The translations under genes and the position numbers were made by a program. The notes under the pieces are model-generated. The model saw only the letters and a list, made by a program, of their open reading frames with translations, searched no databases and was not told the origin of the DNA. Of a DNA stretch of 64,000 nt, positions 24,809 to 34,271 are shown one piece after another (within the stretch, counting starts at the first letter, position 1; the number at the start of each line of letters is the position of its first letter). The stretch is from Clostridia bacterium (GTDB lineage Bacteria; Bacillota; Clostridia; Oscillospirales; CAG-272), in contig JAFQHD010000108.1 of NCBI GenBank assembly GCA_017398145.1, positions 4,456 to 68,455 on the forward strand, written 5' to 3'.

Positions 24809-26014
24809 ATGACAGTAAGCGAAAGATTCTTAAAATACGTATCCTTTGGAACAAACTCGGACGAAAGCTCCGAAACTTGCCCCTCCACCCCCTCACAGCT
24901 TGAGCTCGGAAAATATCTTGCTGAAGAATTAAAGCAGATAGGCCTGACTGACGTAGAGCTTGACAAGGACGGCTACGTTTACGGCTTTATACCTGCCACC
25001 CCCGGAAGAGAAAATGATCCTTCTGTCGGTTTTATTGCCCATATGGATACAAGCAACGCCGTAAAGGGTGACGGAATAAATTCCAAAATCGTAAGCTATA
25101 ACGGCGGCGATATAGAGCTTGGTAACGGTATTAGCCTTGAGGCCAAGAATTTCCCCTATCTTGAAAAGTGGCAGGGAAGTGATATCATCACCACCGACGG
25201 AACGACTCTGCTCGGTGCGGATGACAAGGCTGGTATAGCCGAGATATTCACCGCCTGCGAGTATATCATCAATCACCCCGAGATAAGCCATGGCAGAATT
25301 GCGGTAGGCATTACTCCCGACGAGGAGATAGGCAGAGGTGCGGATCGCTTTGATATAAAGAAATTTGCCTGTGATTGGGCGTATACCGTAGACGGCGGAG
25401 AGTTAGGCGAGATAGAATATGAAAACTTTAACGGCGCATCTGCTAAAATTAAAGTTCACGGTATAAATATCCATCCCGGAAGTGCTAAGAACAAGATGAA
25501 GAACGCAAGCCTGCTTGCCGCCGAATTTATAAATATGATGCCCAAGGCAGAGACCCCCTCAAACACCGAAGGCTACGAGGGCTTCTATCATCTCTGTGAT
25601 ATGAAGGGTGACGAAACTCTGGCAGAGCTTTTCTATATCATCCGTGACCACGATATGGAGAAGTTTACCGAGCGTAAGATATTTGTACGCAATCTTGCAA
25701 ATTACCTCAACACGGTCTACGGCGATGGTACCTTTGAATGTGAGATCAAGGACAGCTATTTCAATATGAAGGAGAAGATCACTCCTCATATGCACATCAT
25801 TGACAATGCCGTAAATGCAATGAAGGCCTGCGGTGTTGAGCCTATGATAGTACCTATCCGCGGAGGTACCGACGGAGCGAGACTTTCCTTTGAAGGTCTG
25901 CCTTGCCCCAACCTTTCCACAGGCGGTGCAAACTTCCACGGCGTACAAGAGTTCGTTCCCGTACAGGCTATGGAAAGGATGGTCGAGGTCATCGTTACCT
26001 TGATGAAGAATTAA
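24809..26014 (+). CDS. pepT: Peptidase T (tripeptide aminopeptidase, M20B)
   Basis: The N-terminus ERFLKYVSFGTNSDE, HMDT and GADDKAG motifs are characteristic of PepT. Confidence 0.9.
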   Translation: MTVSERFLKYVSFGTNSDESSETCPSTPSQLELGKYLAEELKQIGLTDVELDKDGYVYGFIPATPGRENDPSVGFIAHMDTSNAVKGDGINSKIVSYNGGDIELGNGISLEAKNFPYLEKWQGSDIITTDGTTLLGADDKAGIAEIFTACEYIINHPEISHGRIAVGITPDEEIGRGADRFDIKKFACDWAYTVDGGELGEIEYENFNGASAKIKVHGINIHPGSAKNKMKNASLLAAEFINMMPKAETPSNTEGYEGFYHLCDMKGDETLAELFYIIRDHDMEKFTERKIFVRNLANYLNTVYGDGTFECEIKDSYFNMKEKITPHMHIIDNAVNAMKACGVEPMIVPIRGGTDGARLSFEGLPCPNLSTGGANFHGVQEFVPVQAMERMVEVIVTLMKN

Positions 26015-26059
26015 AAATTACGGATCTGAGCTTTTTGCTTGGATCCTTTAATTTTTATA

Positions 26060-26088
26060 TTGACAAATCATAGCATTAATGATAAAAT
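26060..26088 (+). promoter_or_regulatory. Promoter (TTGACA-17-TAAAAT) with an embedded ATCAT/ATGAT inverted repeat, a likely TetR operator
   Basis: TTGACA at 26060-26065 and TAAAAT at 26083-26088. Inverted repeat 26067-26071 / 26079-26083. Confidence 0.55.
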
Positions 26089-26116
26089 AACAAATGATAT
26101 ATAACAATAGATATAT

Positions 26117-26689
26117 ATGGAGATAGACATGCCGCCTAAGATTAAAATTACAAAAGAGGACATAATAAAAACAGCCGTCGGGCTTGTGCGTAAGAACGGA
26201 ACGGGTGCCGTCAACGCCCGTGCAATTGCCGCAGAATTGAACTGCTCCACTCAGCCCGTGTTTTCAAATTTCGCAACCATGGACGAGCTGCAGAAGGCTG
26301 TAATAAACGCCGCATACGATATTTATCTTGATTTCCTTAAAAACGAGGCCGAAAACGGAAAATATCCGCAGTACAAAGCCTTCGGAATGGCTTATATACG
26401 CTTTGCTGAGGAAGAAAAGGAGCTTTTCAAATTTCTGTTTATGAGGGACAGAAAGGGCAGGGAGCTTGTACCGTCCCCCGATTTTACCGCTTCTGTTGAG
26501 ATAATTATGAAAGCCAATTCAGTTACAAGAGAAAAAGCGGAGCTTATGCATCTTGAGATGTGGAGCTGTGTTCACGGTATCGGCACTATGCTTGCCACCT
26601 CGTTTTTATCACTTGATTCTGAGCTTATAAGCGAAATGCTAACCGATATATACCAAGGAATACGGGTAAGGCATTTGCCGAAGGAGTAA
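26117..26689 (+). CDS. TetR/AcrR-family transcriptional regulator
   Basis: N-terminal TetR HTH (IIKTAVGLVRKNGTGAVNARAIAAELNCSTQPVFSNF). Confidence 0.85.
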   Translation: MEIDMPPKIKITKEDIIKTAVGLVRKNGTGAVNARAIAAELNCSTQPVFSNFATMDELQKAVINAAYDIYLDFLKNEAENGKYPQYKAFGMAYIRFAEEEKELFKFLFMRDRKGRELVPSPDFTASVEIIMKANSVTREKAELMHLEMWSCVHGIGTMLATSFLSLDSELISEMLTDIYQGIRVRHLPKE

Positions 26690-26692
26690 AAA

Positions 26693-27421
26693 ATGAATGC
26701 AATTAAAATTGAAGCTCTTACTAAGAAATACCGTGATGTCACTGCCGTTGACGGACTTTCTCTTTGTATCGAAGAGGGCGAGCTTTTTTCTCTGCTCGGT
26801 GTAAACGGAGCGGGGAAGACCACCACGATAAAGATGCTTTCCTGTCTTACCAAGCCTACAGAGGGGGATGCTTATCTTTGCGGTAAGAGTATATGCCGTG
26901 AGGGTACAGAGGTCAAAAAACTTATTGCCGTTTCGCCTCAGGAAACGGCAGTTGCTCCGGGGCTTAACGTCAGAGAAAATCTTGAGCTTATCTGCGGTGC
27001 CCACGGCTTTTCAAAGGAAAAGCAGAATACAAAAATAAAAGAGCTGACAGAGCTTTTGGGACTTGATTCGGTAAGCCGCAAAAAAGCCGGAAAATTATCC
27101 GGAGGCTGGCAGAGAAGGCTGAGTATAGCCATGGCTCTTATAAGCGAACCTAAGATACTTTTCCTTGACGAGCCTACCCTCGGTCTTGACGTGCTTGCAC
27201 GCAGCGACCTCTGGGACATCATCCGTTCTCTCAAGGGTAAGGTTACCATAATTCTTACAACACATTATATGGAGGAGGCAGAGGAGCTGTCCGACCGTAT
27301 CGCAATCATGAAGGACGGTAAGCTCCTTGTCTGCGACACTGCCGAGGGTATAAAAGCGCAGGCAGGCACCGACAGCTTTGAAGAAGCCTTTATCCGCATA
27401 GTCAAGGGGGCGGCAAAATGA
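26693..27421 (+). CDS. ABC transporter ATP-binding protein (ABC-2/DrrA-like)
   Basis: Walker A GVNGAGKTT, signature LSGGWQRR and Walker B LFLDEP. Confidence 0.9.
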   Translation: MNAIKIEALTKKYRDVTAVDGLSLCIEEGELFSLLGVNGAGKTTTIKMLSCLTKPTEGDAYLCGKSICREGTEVKKLIAVSPQETAVAPGLNVRENLELICGAHGFSKEKQNTKIKELTELLGLDSVSRKKAGKLSGGWQRRLSIAMALISEPKILFLDEPTLGLDVLARSDLWDIIRSLKGKVTIILTTHYMEEAEELSDRIAIMKDGKLLVCDTAEGIKAQAGTDSFEEAFIRIVKGAAK

Positions 27422-28149
27422 GAATGCTTACACTTGCAAAAAGAAATACCAAGGAAATTCTCCGCGACCCGCTGAATTTAGCCTTCGGCTTAGGTTTTCC
27501 CCTTGTACTCATATTACTTCTCAGTGCCATACAGGCAAATATCCCCGTAGAGCTCTTTGAAATAGAGCGTCTTGCTCCCGGAGTAAGTGTGTTCGGACTT
27601 TCCTTTATGACGTTGTTTTCCGCAACTCTTATCTCGAAGGACAGAGGCAGCTCGCTTTTACAACGCTTATATACCACACCGTTGACTCCCACAGATTTTA
27701 TCCTCGGATATACACTGCCCATCATACCCATATCGGTTGCTCAATGTATAATTTGTTATATCGCCGCCATCATTCTCGGACTTGATATTACGGTAAATAT
27801 TCTGTATGCTACCCTGTTTATCATCCCTGTATCGGTATTATATATCGCCTTGGGGCTTCTCTGCGGAAGCGTACTCAACGATAAGCAGGTAGGGGGAATC
27901 TGCGGTGCGCTTCTCACTAACCTTTCTGCTTGGGTGTCGGGAATATGGTTCGACCTTGAGCTTGTGGGCGGTGTATTTAAGCGTATCGCCTATGCGCTTC
28001 CCTTTGTCCACGCGGTAGAGCTTGAGAGAGCAGCACTTTCGGGTAACTTCGGAGACATTCTGCTACATTTGTTATGGGTGCTTGGCTATGCCGCAGTTAT
28101 TTTGGTCTTGGCAGTATTGTTATTTTTAAGACAGATGAAAAGACAATGA
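27418..28149 (+). CDS. ABC-2 type transporter permease
   Basis: Six predicted TM helices. 4-nt overlap with the ATPase gene. Confidence 0.8.
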   Translation: MRMLTLAKRNTKEILRDPLNLAFGLGFPLVLILLLSAIQANIPVELFEIERLAPGVSVFGLSFMTLFSATLISKDRGSSLLQRLYTTPLTPTDFILGYTLPIIPISVAQCIICYIAAIILGLDITVNILYATLFIIPVSVLYIALGLLCGSVLNDKQVGGICGALLTNLSAWVSGIWFDLELVGGVFKRIAYALPFVHAVELERAALSGNFGDILLHLLWVLGYAAVILVLAVLLFLRQMKRQ

Positions 28150-28150
28150 C

Positions 28151-28179
28151 AAAAAGCAAGTCGATCGACTTGCTTTTTT
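28151..28179 (+). terminator. Rho-independent terminator
   Basis: AAAAAGCAAGTCGA/TCGACTTGCTTTTT palindrome followed by a T-run. Confidence 0.85.
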
Positions 28180-28229
28180 GGATAGAGCTATGGTATAATG
28201 AATATATCAAATATAAGCAGGTTGAAACA

Positions 28230-28880
28230 ATGAACGAAGAAGCAAAGATAAAAGATGGAATACTCTTCTTTCCGGGAGACCCCGAGTTAAAGGCAATTAA
28301 ATTAAGAACACATAAGCTTAATCTCGATTACAACCGACTTTATGAGGACGAAACAGAAAAAAGAAACGAGATAATAAACCAAATAGTCGGTGAGATAGGC
28401 GAGGAAACCTTTTTTCAGGGACCGGTTACCTTCCATTACGGCGTTCATACTAAAGTCGGACGAAAGTGCTTCTTTAATTTCAATATAACCATACAGGACG
28501 ATGCCGAGGTCACGATCGGTAACAACTGTGATTTCGGTCCCAACGTGACCATCGTTACCCCCATTCATCCAATGGTGGCAGAGGAGCGCAGGGAAATGCT
28601 CTGCGCCGACGGTGAAAAGAGAAGGCTCTGCTACGCCAAGCCCGTGTATATAGGCAACGACTGTTGGTTTGGTGCGGGTGCGATCATATGCTCCGGAGTA
28701 ACTATCGGTGACGGATGCGTTATCGGTGCGGGAAGTGTAGTGACCCGTGATATTCCGCCCCGCTCTTTTGCCGCAGGCGTACCCTGCAAGGTGGTACGTG
28801 AAATTACAGATGCCGACAGTATGAAGTATAAGCCGGATATTCTTGGAGATGCTTTGGTTATCGACTATACAGATAAATAA
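28230..28880 (+). CDS. Maltose/galactoside O-acetyltransferase-like hexapeptide-repeat acetyltransferase
   Basis: ORF 28074..28880. Mac-type N-terminus (MNEEAKIKDGILFFPGDPEL) and left-handed beta-helix repeats (IGNDCWFGAGAIICSGVTIGDGCVIGAGSVV). Confidence 0.85.
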   Translation: MNEEAKIKDGILFFPGDPELKAIKLRTHKLNLDYNRLYEDETEKRNEIINQIVGEIGEETFFQGPVTFHYGVHTKVGRKCFFNFNITIQDDAEVTIGNNCDFGPNVTIVTPIHPMVAEERREMLCADGEKRRLCYAKPVYIGNDCWFGAGAIICSGVTIGDGCVIGAGSVVTRDIPPRSFAAGVPCKVVREITDADSMKYKPDILGDALVIDYTDK

Positions 28881-28896
28881 TTTCAGGAGTAATAAT

Positions 28897-29667
28897 ATGA
28901 GTGAAAAATACAAGATAGTTTATTCCGCTGACAAGAATCTCTATACCGAGGGCTCACCCGTGATAGTCAGAGATTTTTCTCTGCTTCGGGATATCAGAGG
29001 CGGCGGTATGCTGTGTAAAATGCAGCTTATCAATATAAGCGACAAAACTATAAAAAGAGTAAAGGTATCTGCCATTACCGATACCGAGCGCGCTGAGGGG
29101 ATGGCAGACGGGCTATATATCGCCCGTGATATGGATACAGTCATAGATATCCCCTTAAACGGATTTGACCATAAGAATGCGTTCTTTTCTATAGACGAGA
29201 TAGTCTTTACCGACGGCACGAGTTTCTGCGCTGATGAAAAAACTCCTTGGCAGGAGTTAAGCTTCCCCGATACTCTTGAAGAGTATCTTTCGGACGATGA
29301 CCTTGTTCGTGAGTTCAGATCTCATTTTGAGGAGGGTGTATATTACCCGAAGGAAGAAACCGACCTTTGGTTCTGCACCTGCGGAGAACTTAATCATAGT
29401 TCTGAGGGTGCCTGTCACTCCTGTAACCGCACGCTCGTTTCCCTCAAAAAATACGGCGTTGTGGATCTGAAAAATGCAGTTGCCAAGCAGAAGAAACTTG
29501 ATGCCGTAAACAAGGACAAGTTTGAAGAAGTCTACAAACAGGTCATGGTCGAAAAGAAATCGAAGCGCGGAAGAACCTTTCTATATATTCTCATTGTTGC
29601 GGCTATAGCTACGATAATAGCATTGCTTATAGCTACGGACGGAACTCATTATACAACGGCAATATAA
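28897..29667 (+). CDS. Tail-anchored hypothetical protein with an internal zinc ribbon
   Basis: ORF 28843..29667; the ATG at 28897 follows AGGAG. CTCG...CHSC ribbon and a C-terminal TM helix (FLYILIVAAIATIIALLIA). Confidence 0.6.
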   Translation: MSEKYKIVYSADKNLYTEGSPVIVRDFSLLRDIRGGGMLCKMQLINISDKTIKRVKVSAITDTERAEGMADGLYIARDMDTVIDIPLNGFDHKNAFFSIDEIVFTDGTSFCADEKTPWQELSFPDTLEEYLSDDDLVREFRSHFEEGVYYPKEETDLWFCTCGELNHSSEGACHSCNRTLVSLKKYGVVDLKNAVAKQKKLDAVNKDKFEEVYKQVMVEKKSKRGRTFLYILIVAAIATIIALLIATDGTHYTTAI

Positions 29668-29695
29668 AAAAAGCTCTCCTTTGGAGAGCTTTTTC
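29667..29695. terminator. Bidirectional terminator
   Basis: AAAAAAGCTCTCC-ttt-GGAGAGCTTTTT. Confidence 0.85.
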
Positions 29696-29706
29696 AGCAT
29701 CATATT

Positions 29707-30345
29707 TTAGTCAAGTCCAAGTTCCTCGCGCAACGATGAATCCTCTGCCAGCTTGTCCTCGTATTCCTTGAGACCGTTTTTAGCCTGCTCCTCAGTAAAG
29801 CCTGCTTCGGTAAGCTCGGTGATTATCTCGTCATTGGTAAAGGAACCGTAGAGGTAGTATTTTTCTATATACTTATTAGCCATGGAATCCCAATCCACCT
29901 CTACCTGATCGGCACCGTACTGTGCCTCTTCGGGTGTAAACTCCATGTATTTGAGATGGTCGATAATTCCTTGGTATGAGAAGGGCATATAGTAGGTGTA
30001 GAATTCCGCTGTTCCTCTTGCCATCTCCATCCAATCGATGCCGAAGAGATCTACTGCAAATATTGCATCCTCCTCGCTGTGTCCTTCGTCTACAAGGGTC
30101 TTTATGAGAGTAGCTCTTGAAACACCTGCACCGTTGAGGTGCTCCTGAGCAGCCTCTGCTGCCTCCTTCTGGGTATCGTTCATTACGGCATCCTCCGGGA
30201 TCTTGAAGCGGGGCTCGGTCTCTGCAGGGGTAGGCGAGGTTATCTCGCCCGTTTCGTCGGGGTTGTCAACGGTGGTCTTATTTGAGCATCCCACAGAACA
30301 AAGCATTGCCAGAGTGAGAAGTATTATAAGTGATCTTTTAAACAT
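29707..30345 (-). CDS. Lipoprotein with repeated Ltp-like (host cell surface-exposed lipoprotein) domains
   Basis: Lipobox LCSVGC. Three repeats of the type ...S...A...L...GF(S/T)xEEAxxAVD...DW. Confidence 0.7.
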   Translation of the reverse strand: MFKRSLIILLTLAMLCSVGCSNKTTVDNPDETGEITSPTPAETEPRFKIPEDAVMNDTQKEAAEAAQEHLNGAGVSRATLIKTLVDEGHSEEDAIFAVDLFGIDWMEMARGTAEFYTYYMPFSYQGIIDHLKYMEFTPEEAQYGADQVEVDWDSMANKYIEKYYLYGSFTNDEIITELTEAGFTEEQAKNGLKEYEDKLAEDSSLREELGLD

Positions 30346-30403
30346 GTCGCTCTCCTGAATTTTATTTTATATAGTATAACAATTTATAAAACAAATGTCA
30401 ATA

Positions 30404-30433
30404 TTGACACAGACGAATTTGCCGTGATATAAT
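30404..30433 (+). promoter_or_regulatory. Promoter TTGACA-18-TATAAT ending 6 nt before the ATG of the GTPase gene
   Basis: TTGACA at 30404-30409, TATAAT at 30428-30433 and ATG at 30440. No Shine-Dalgarno sequence lies between them. Confidence 0.7.
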
Positions 30434-30439
30434 TTACGT

Positions 30440-32332
30440 ATGAAAAAGACTATAGGAATATTTGCCCACGTGGATGCAGGAAAAACAACTCTTTCCGAGG
30501 CTGTTTTGTATAATACGGGAGCTATCCGCCGAAGGGGCAGTATCGAAGAAAAGAACACGGTGATGGATACCGCATCCATCGAGCGGGAACGCGGCATAAC
30601 CTGTTTTTCGGGGGCTTGCGGCTTTAAATTTAATAATAACGATTATTATCTCATCGACACTCCCGGTCATACGGATTTCCTGCCGGACACACAGAGGTGT
30701 ATGGCTGCTCTTGACTGTGCCGTTATTGCGGTATCTGCCGTCGAGGGTATCGAGGGTAATACGGAGCTTTTGTGGGATATGCTTGCCGAGAGAGGTATAC
30801 CCACCATCTTTTTCATCAACAAGTGCGACCGTGACATTGCAGAGCCTAACAGAGTTTTTGCGGAGCTTAAGGAACGCTTCGGCAAGGCTGTGCTCTGGCA
30901 GGGCGAGGATTATCTTGAGGCTGTGGCGGCAAGTGACGAAGCCCTTATGGAGAAATATTTTAACGGTGTGCTTCCCTTAGATGAAGCAGAGAAAAATGCG
31001 GCAGAGCTTTTTATGCATAGAGAGCTTTGTCCCTGCATCTGCGGCTCTGCTGTGACAAACCAAGGCGCAGACGAGCTTTTAGAGTGTATAGATGCTCTCT
31101 GTAAAACAGATTACCGTATTCAAGGTGAGCTTGTCCTTCAGATATTCAAGGTCAGGCACGAAAAGGATAAGCGTATAATGCTTTGTCATATAAGCGGCGG
31201 TGAGATATCGGTGCGTGACACTCTGCCCAACGGTGAGAGAATTTCCGAGCTTCGTGTTTTTGACGGAACGAAGTCTGTTTCTGTACAAAAAGCATCCGCA
31301 GGAGACGTGGTCGAGATATACGGTATTACAGGCTATAGGGCTGGAGAATGTATAGGCATGTCAAGCGATGAGCCTTGCGTTCCCGGACTTTCTGCAAGGA
31401 TCATATATCCCGAAAGCATCACCTCAAAGGATATGCTGACTAAATTACAGCTTCTTGAGGACGAGGAGCCTATCCTTGCGGTTAGATACGAAAGCGCAAC
31501 GGGCGAGATATCCGTGTCTGTTATGGGTAGGATAGAGCTTGAGATATTACAGCAGCGAATTGCCGAGAGGTTTGATATTGACGTTAGATTCGGCGACTGC
31601 GATGTCGTATATAAGGAAACTCTCACCGAGCCGACGGTTGGTTACGGGCACTTTGAACCTCTAAGGCATTACAGTGAAGTGCATTTAAGGATAGAACCCA
31701 CCGAGCGTGGAAGCGGTATAATGTTTGAAAGCGAATGTTCGTTAAATACACTCACCTCAAACTATCAGAATCTCGTCCGTACCCATGTTTTTGAAAAGGA
31801 GCATAAAGGTGTCCTTGCAGGCTCGACGCTGACCGACGTTAAGATAGTGTTGCTTGCAGGAGCTGCTCACGAAAAGCATACCGAGGGAGGAGATTTCAGA
31901 GAAGCGACCTACAGAGCTATCCGTCACGGAGTTATGAGGGGAGCTTCACGACTCCTTGAGCCCTATTATAAATGCCGCTTTACGGTTGACACCTCCCATA
32001 TGGGCAGGGTGATATCTGATATCACAAGGCTCAGCGGTACTCTTATCTCAAGCGAAAACGAGGGACTGAAGACAGTTATAAACGCCCGTATCCCCATTTC
32101 CGAATTTACTCCCTATCAAACCGAGTTTATTTCATTTACCGGTGGTAAAGGAAGGGTAGTATTCAGCTATGACGGATATGACGTCTGCCACAATGAAGCC
32201 GAGGTCATAGAGCGTATCGGATACGACCCTGAAAGGGATACGGAAAACACCGCCGATTCGGTTTTCTGCGCCCACGGAGCCGGTTTTAATGTGCCTTGGC
32301 GAGAGGTGGAAAAATATATTCATCTCAAATGA
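30440..32332 (+). CDS. TetM/TetO-type ribosomal-protection-like / EF-G-like translational GTPase
   Basis: G1 AHVDAGKTT, G3 DTPGH, G4 NKCD. 630 aa with EF-G domain II-V-like architecture. A resistance function cannot be inferred from sequence alone. Confidence 0.8.
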   Translation: MKKTIGIFAHVDAGKTTLSEAVLYNTGAIRRRGSIEEKNTVMDTASIERERGITCFSGACGFKFNNNDYYLIDTPGHTDFLPDTQRCMAALDCAVIAVSAVEGIEGNTELLWDMLAERGIPTIFFINKCDRDIAEPNRVFAELKERFGKAVLWQGEDYLEAVAASDEALMEKYFNGVLPLDEAEKNAAELFMHRELCPCICGSAVTNQGADELLECIDALCKTDYRIQGELVLQIFKVRHEKDKRIMLCHISGGEISVRDTLPNGERISELRVFDGTKSVSVQKASAGDVVEIYGITGYRAGECIGMSSDEPCVPGLSARIIYPESITSKDMLTKLQLLEDEEPILAVRYESATGEISVSVMGRIELEILQQRIAERFDIDVRFGDCDVVYKETLTEPTVGYGHFEPLRHYSEVHLRIEPTERGSGIMFESECSLNTLTSNYQNLVRTHVFEKEHKGVLAGSTLTDVKIVLLAGAAHEKHTEGGDFREATYRAIRHGVMRGASRLLEPYYKCRFTVDTSHMGRVISDITRLSGTLISSENEGLKTVINARIPISEFTPYQTEFISFTGGKGRVVFSYDGYDVCHNEAEVIERIGYDPERDTENTADSVFCAHGAGFNVPWREVEKYIHLK

Positions 32333-32412
32333 TTAAAAAATACTTGCATTTTTATTTGCTATGTGCTATAATCCCCTTGTATAAAATTTATTCTATACGG
32401 AGGTACTATACA

Positions 32413-32583
32413 ATGGCATACGTTATTGGTGATGCATGCATTGCATGCGGCGCTTGCGCAGAGGGTTGTCCTGTTGACGCTATCTCTGACGGCGGCGACA
32501 AGTACGTTATTGATGCTGATACCTGCATCGATTGCGGCGCTTGTGCAGGTACTTGCCCTGTTGAAGCTATCGCAGAAGGCTAA
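32413..32583 (+). CDS. fdx: 2x[4Fe-4S] clostridial-type ferredoxin (56 aa)
   Basis: Two CxxCxxCxxxCP motifs. GGAGG 9 nt upstream of the ATG at 32413 (ORF track starts at 32296). Confidence 0.92.
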   Translation: MAYVIGDACIACGACAEGCPVDAISDGGDKYVIDADTCIDCGACAGTCPVEAIAEG

Positions 32584-32598
32584 TTACTTATAAGATAC

Positions 32599-32628
32599 AA
32601 GGGCAGGCTCAGAGCCTGCCTTTGTTGT
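32599..32628 (+). terminator. Rho-independent terminator after fdx
   Basis: GGCAGGC-tcaga-GCCTGCC followed by TTTGTTGTTT. Confidence 0.85.
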
Positions 32629-32640
32629 TTAAAGAAGATT

Positions 32641-33363
32641 ATGATATTATATGATGACGAAACATTGACACGCGTCAATGACAGTATAGAATTAATACAG
32701 AAAAAGGAAGGTCTTACCTTCGGTACGGATGCCTATCTGCTTTCCGCATATATGAGGGACGGCAAAAGCTCCGAGGCAGTGGATTTCGGCTGCGGTACGG
32801 GAATAATATCCCTGCTTTGCGCTGCAAGAGGTAAGTTCAAAAAAATATATGCCGTTGACGTGCAGGAGGCGTTTTGCGACGTGGCAAGACGTAACTGTGT
32901 GCATAACGGATTTGAAAATATTGAGGTCATGCACTCGGATGTGCGAGAGCTTAAGCTTGAAGCTGACGTTGTATTTACTAACCCGCCCTACATGAAGGTG
33001 ACCTCGGGCAGAGCAAACGAAAGCTCGGCTAAGAATATCGCCCGTCACGAGGTCTGCGGAGATATTGACGATTTTATGGCATCTGCCTGCCGTGTGCTTA
33101 AATTCGGCGGACTCTTTTATGCCGTATACCGCACGGACAGGCTTATAGATCTTTTGGATGCTATGAGAAGAAACAACATCGAACCCAAGCGTATGACCTA
33201 TGTACACGCTACAGCCAATCACCAGCCATCTATGGTCCTCGTTGAGGGCAAAAGAGGCGGTAAGGCGGGACTTAATATAACCAAGCCTCTCTTTATGGAC
33301 GGGGCTGATATAGACTATATTTACGAGAAGGGAGAGTTCCCGAGTGAGTTCACAATCAAATGA
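32641..33363 (+). CDS. tRNA (adenine-N6)-methyltransferase-like (YfiC/TrmN6 family) SAM methyltransferase
   Basis: NPPY motif (FTNPPYM) and the SAM-binding motif DFGCGTG. Confidence 0.75.
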   Translation: MILYDDETLTRVNDSIELIQKKEGLTFGTDAYLLSAYMRDGKSSEAVDFGCGTGIISLLCAARGKFKKIYAVDVQEAFCDVARRNCVHNGFENIEVMHSDVRELKLEADVVFTNPPYMKVTSGRANESSAKNIARHEVCGDIDDFMASACRVLKFGGLFYAVYRTDRLIDLLDAMRRNNIEPKRMTYVHATANHQPSMVLVEGKRGGKAGLNITKPLFMDGADIDYIYEKGEFPSEFTIK

Positions 33364-34204
33364 AAAGAACCGTATAGAGGGTGGCACTCTCTATCTTGTA
33401 GCCACACCTATAGGTAACCTCTCCGACCTTTCGGACAGAGCGTATAAGGTGTTAAGCGAGGTTGATTTTATCGCCGCAGAGGATACAAGAAACACAGGCA
33501 AGCTCTTATCCGCCATAGGTATATCTAAGTCTATGGTATCCTACTACGAGCATAACAAAAAGTCTAGCGGCGAGCATATCTTAAAAAGACTTCTTAAGAG
33601 ACAGAGCTGTGCTCTTGTGACCGATGCGGGAACTCCCGCCATCAGCGACCCGGGCGAGGATATCGTACGTGACTGCATAGAGGCAGGTATAAAGGTGACA
33701 AGCGTTCCCGGAGCTGCGGCAGTTATAGTTGCTCTTACTCTTTCGGGCATGAACACCCGCCGCTTTGTCTTTGAGGGATTTTTGCCTGTCAAGGGAAAAG
33801 AACGGAAGGAAATGCTGACCGAATTATCCACCGAAAAGCGTACTCTCGTTCTCTACGAAGCACCTCATAAATTAAAGAATACCTTAGACGATCTCCTTGA
33901 ATATTTCGGCTCCGACCGTCGAATAGCTCTCTGCCGTGAGCTTACAAAGCTCAATGAAGAGGTAATGCGCTGTACTTTATCCGATGCCGTGGAGTATTAC
34001 GGTCAAAACGACCCCAGAGGCGAGTATGTTCTCGTCATAGAAGGAGCAAAAGGGGAAAGCATTGGTGCGTTTTGGCAGGATATGGCTGTAGATACTCATA
34101 TCGAATACTATATCTCTCAGGGATTGAAGAAGATGGATGCCATAAAGCAGGTTGCTAAAGACCGAGGGGTTGCGAAGAACGAGATATATAAGCAGACAAT
34201 ATAA
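33344..34204 (+). CDS. rsmI: 16S rRNA (cytidine1402-2'-O)-methyltransferase
   Basis: Tetrapyrrole-methylase fold with the characteristic N-terminus LYLVATPIGNLSD and AEDTR. Confidence 0.9.
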   Translation: MSSQSNEKNRIEGGTLYLVATPIGNLSDLSDRAYKVLSEVDFIAAEDTRNTGKLLSAIGISKSMVSYYEHNKKSSGEHILKRLLKRQSCALVTDAGTPAISDPGEDIVRDCIEAGIKVTSVPGAAAVIVALTLSGMNTRRFVFEGFLPVKGKERKEMLTELSTEKRTLVLYEAPHKLKNTLDDLLEYFGSDRRIALCRELTKLNEEVMRCTLSDAVEYYGQNDPRGEYVLVIEGAKGESIGAFWQDMAVDTHIEYYISQGLKKMDAIKQVAKDRGVAKNEIYKQTI

Positions 34205-34270
34205 GTGCAAAGTGCAAAATGCAAAGTGCAAAGTTTAGGAGGATTTCCGTACTTTGGTACGGAAATCTCC
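34205..34270 (+). repeat. Heptad array (GTGCAAA x3 / ATGCAAA), then TTTAGGAGG and a 13-15 bp hairpin
   Basis: 7-nt repeats at 34205-34232. Hairpin 34238-34270 (GGAGGATTTCCGTAC-tttg-GTACGGAAATCTCC). It fills the rsmI/dapA convergent gap. Confidence 0.85.
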
Positions 34271-34271
34271 A

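Noticed and set aside
30440-32332. Calling the GTPase a tetracycline-resistance determinant
   Set aside because: Only family-level similarity (TetM/EF-G-like GTPase architecture) can be seen. Many Clostridia encode non-resistance paralogs. No tet leader peptide or conjugative-transposon context is present.
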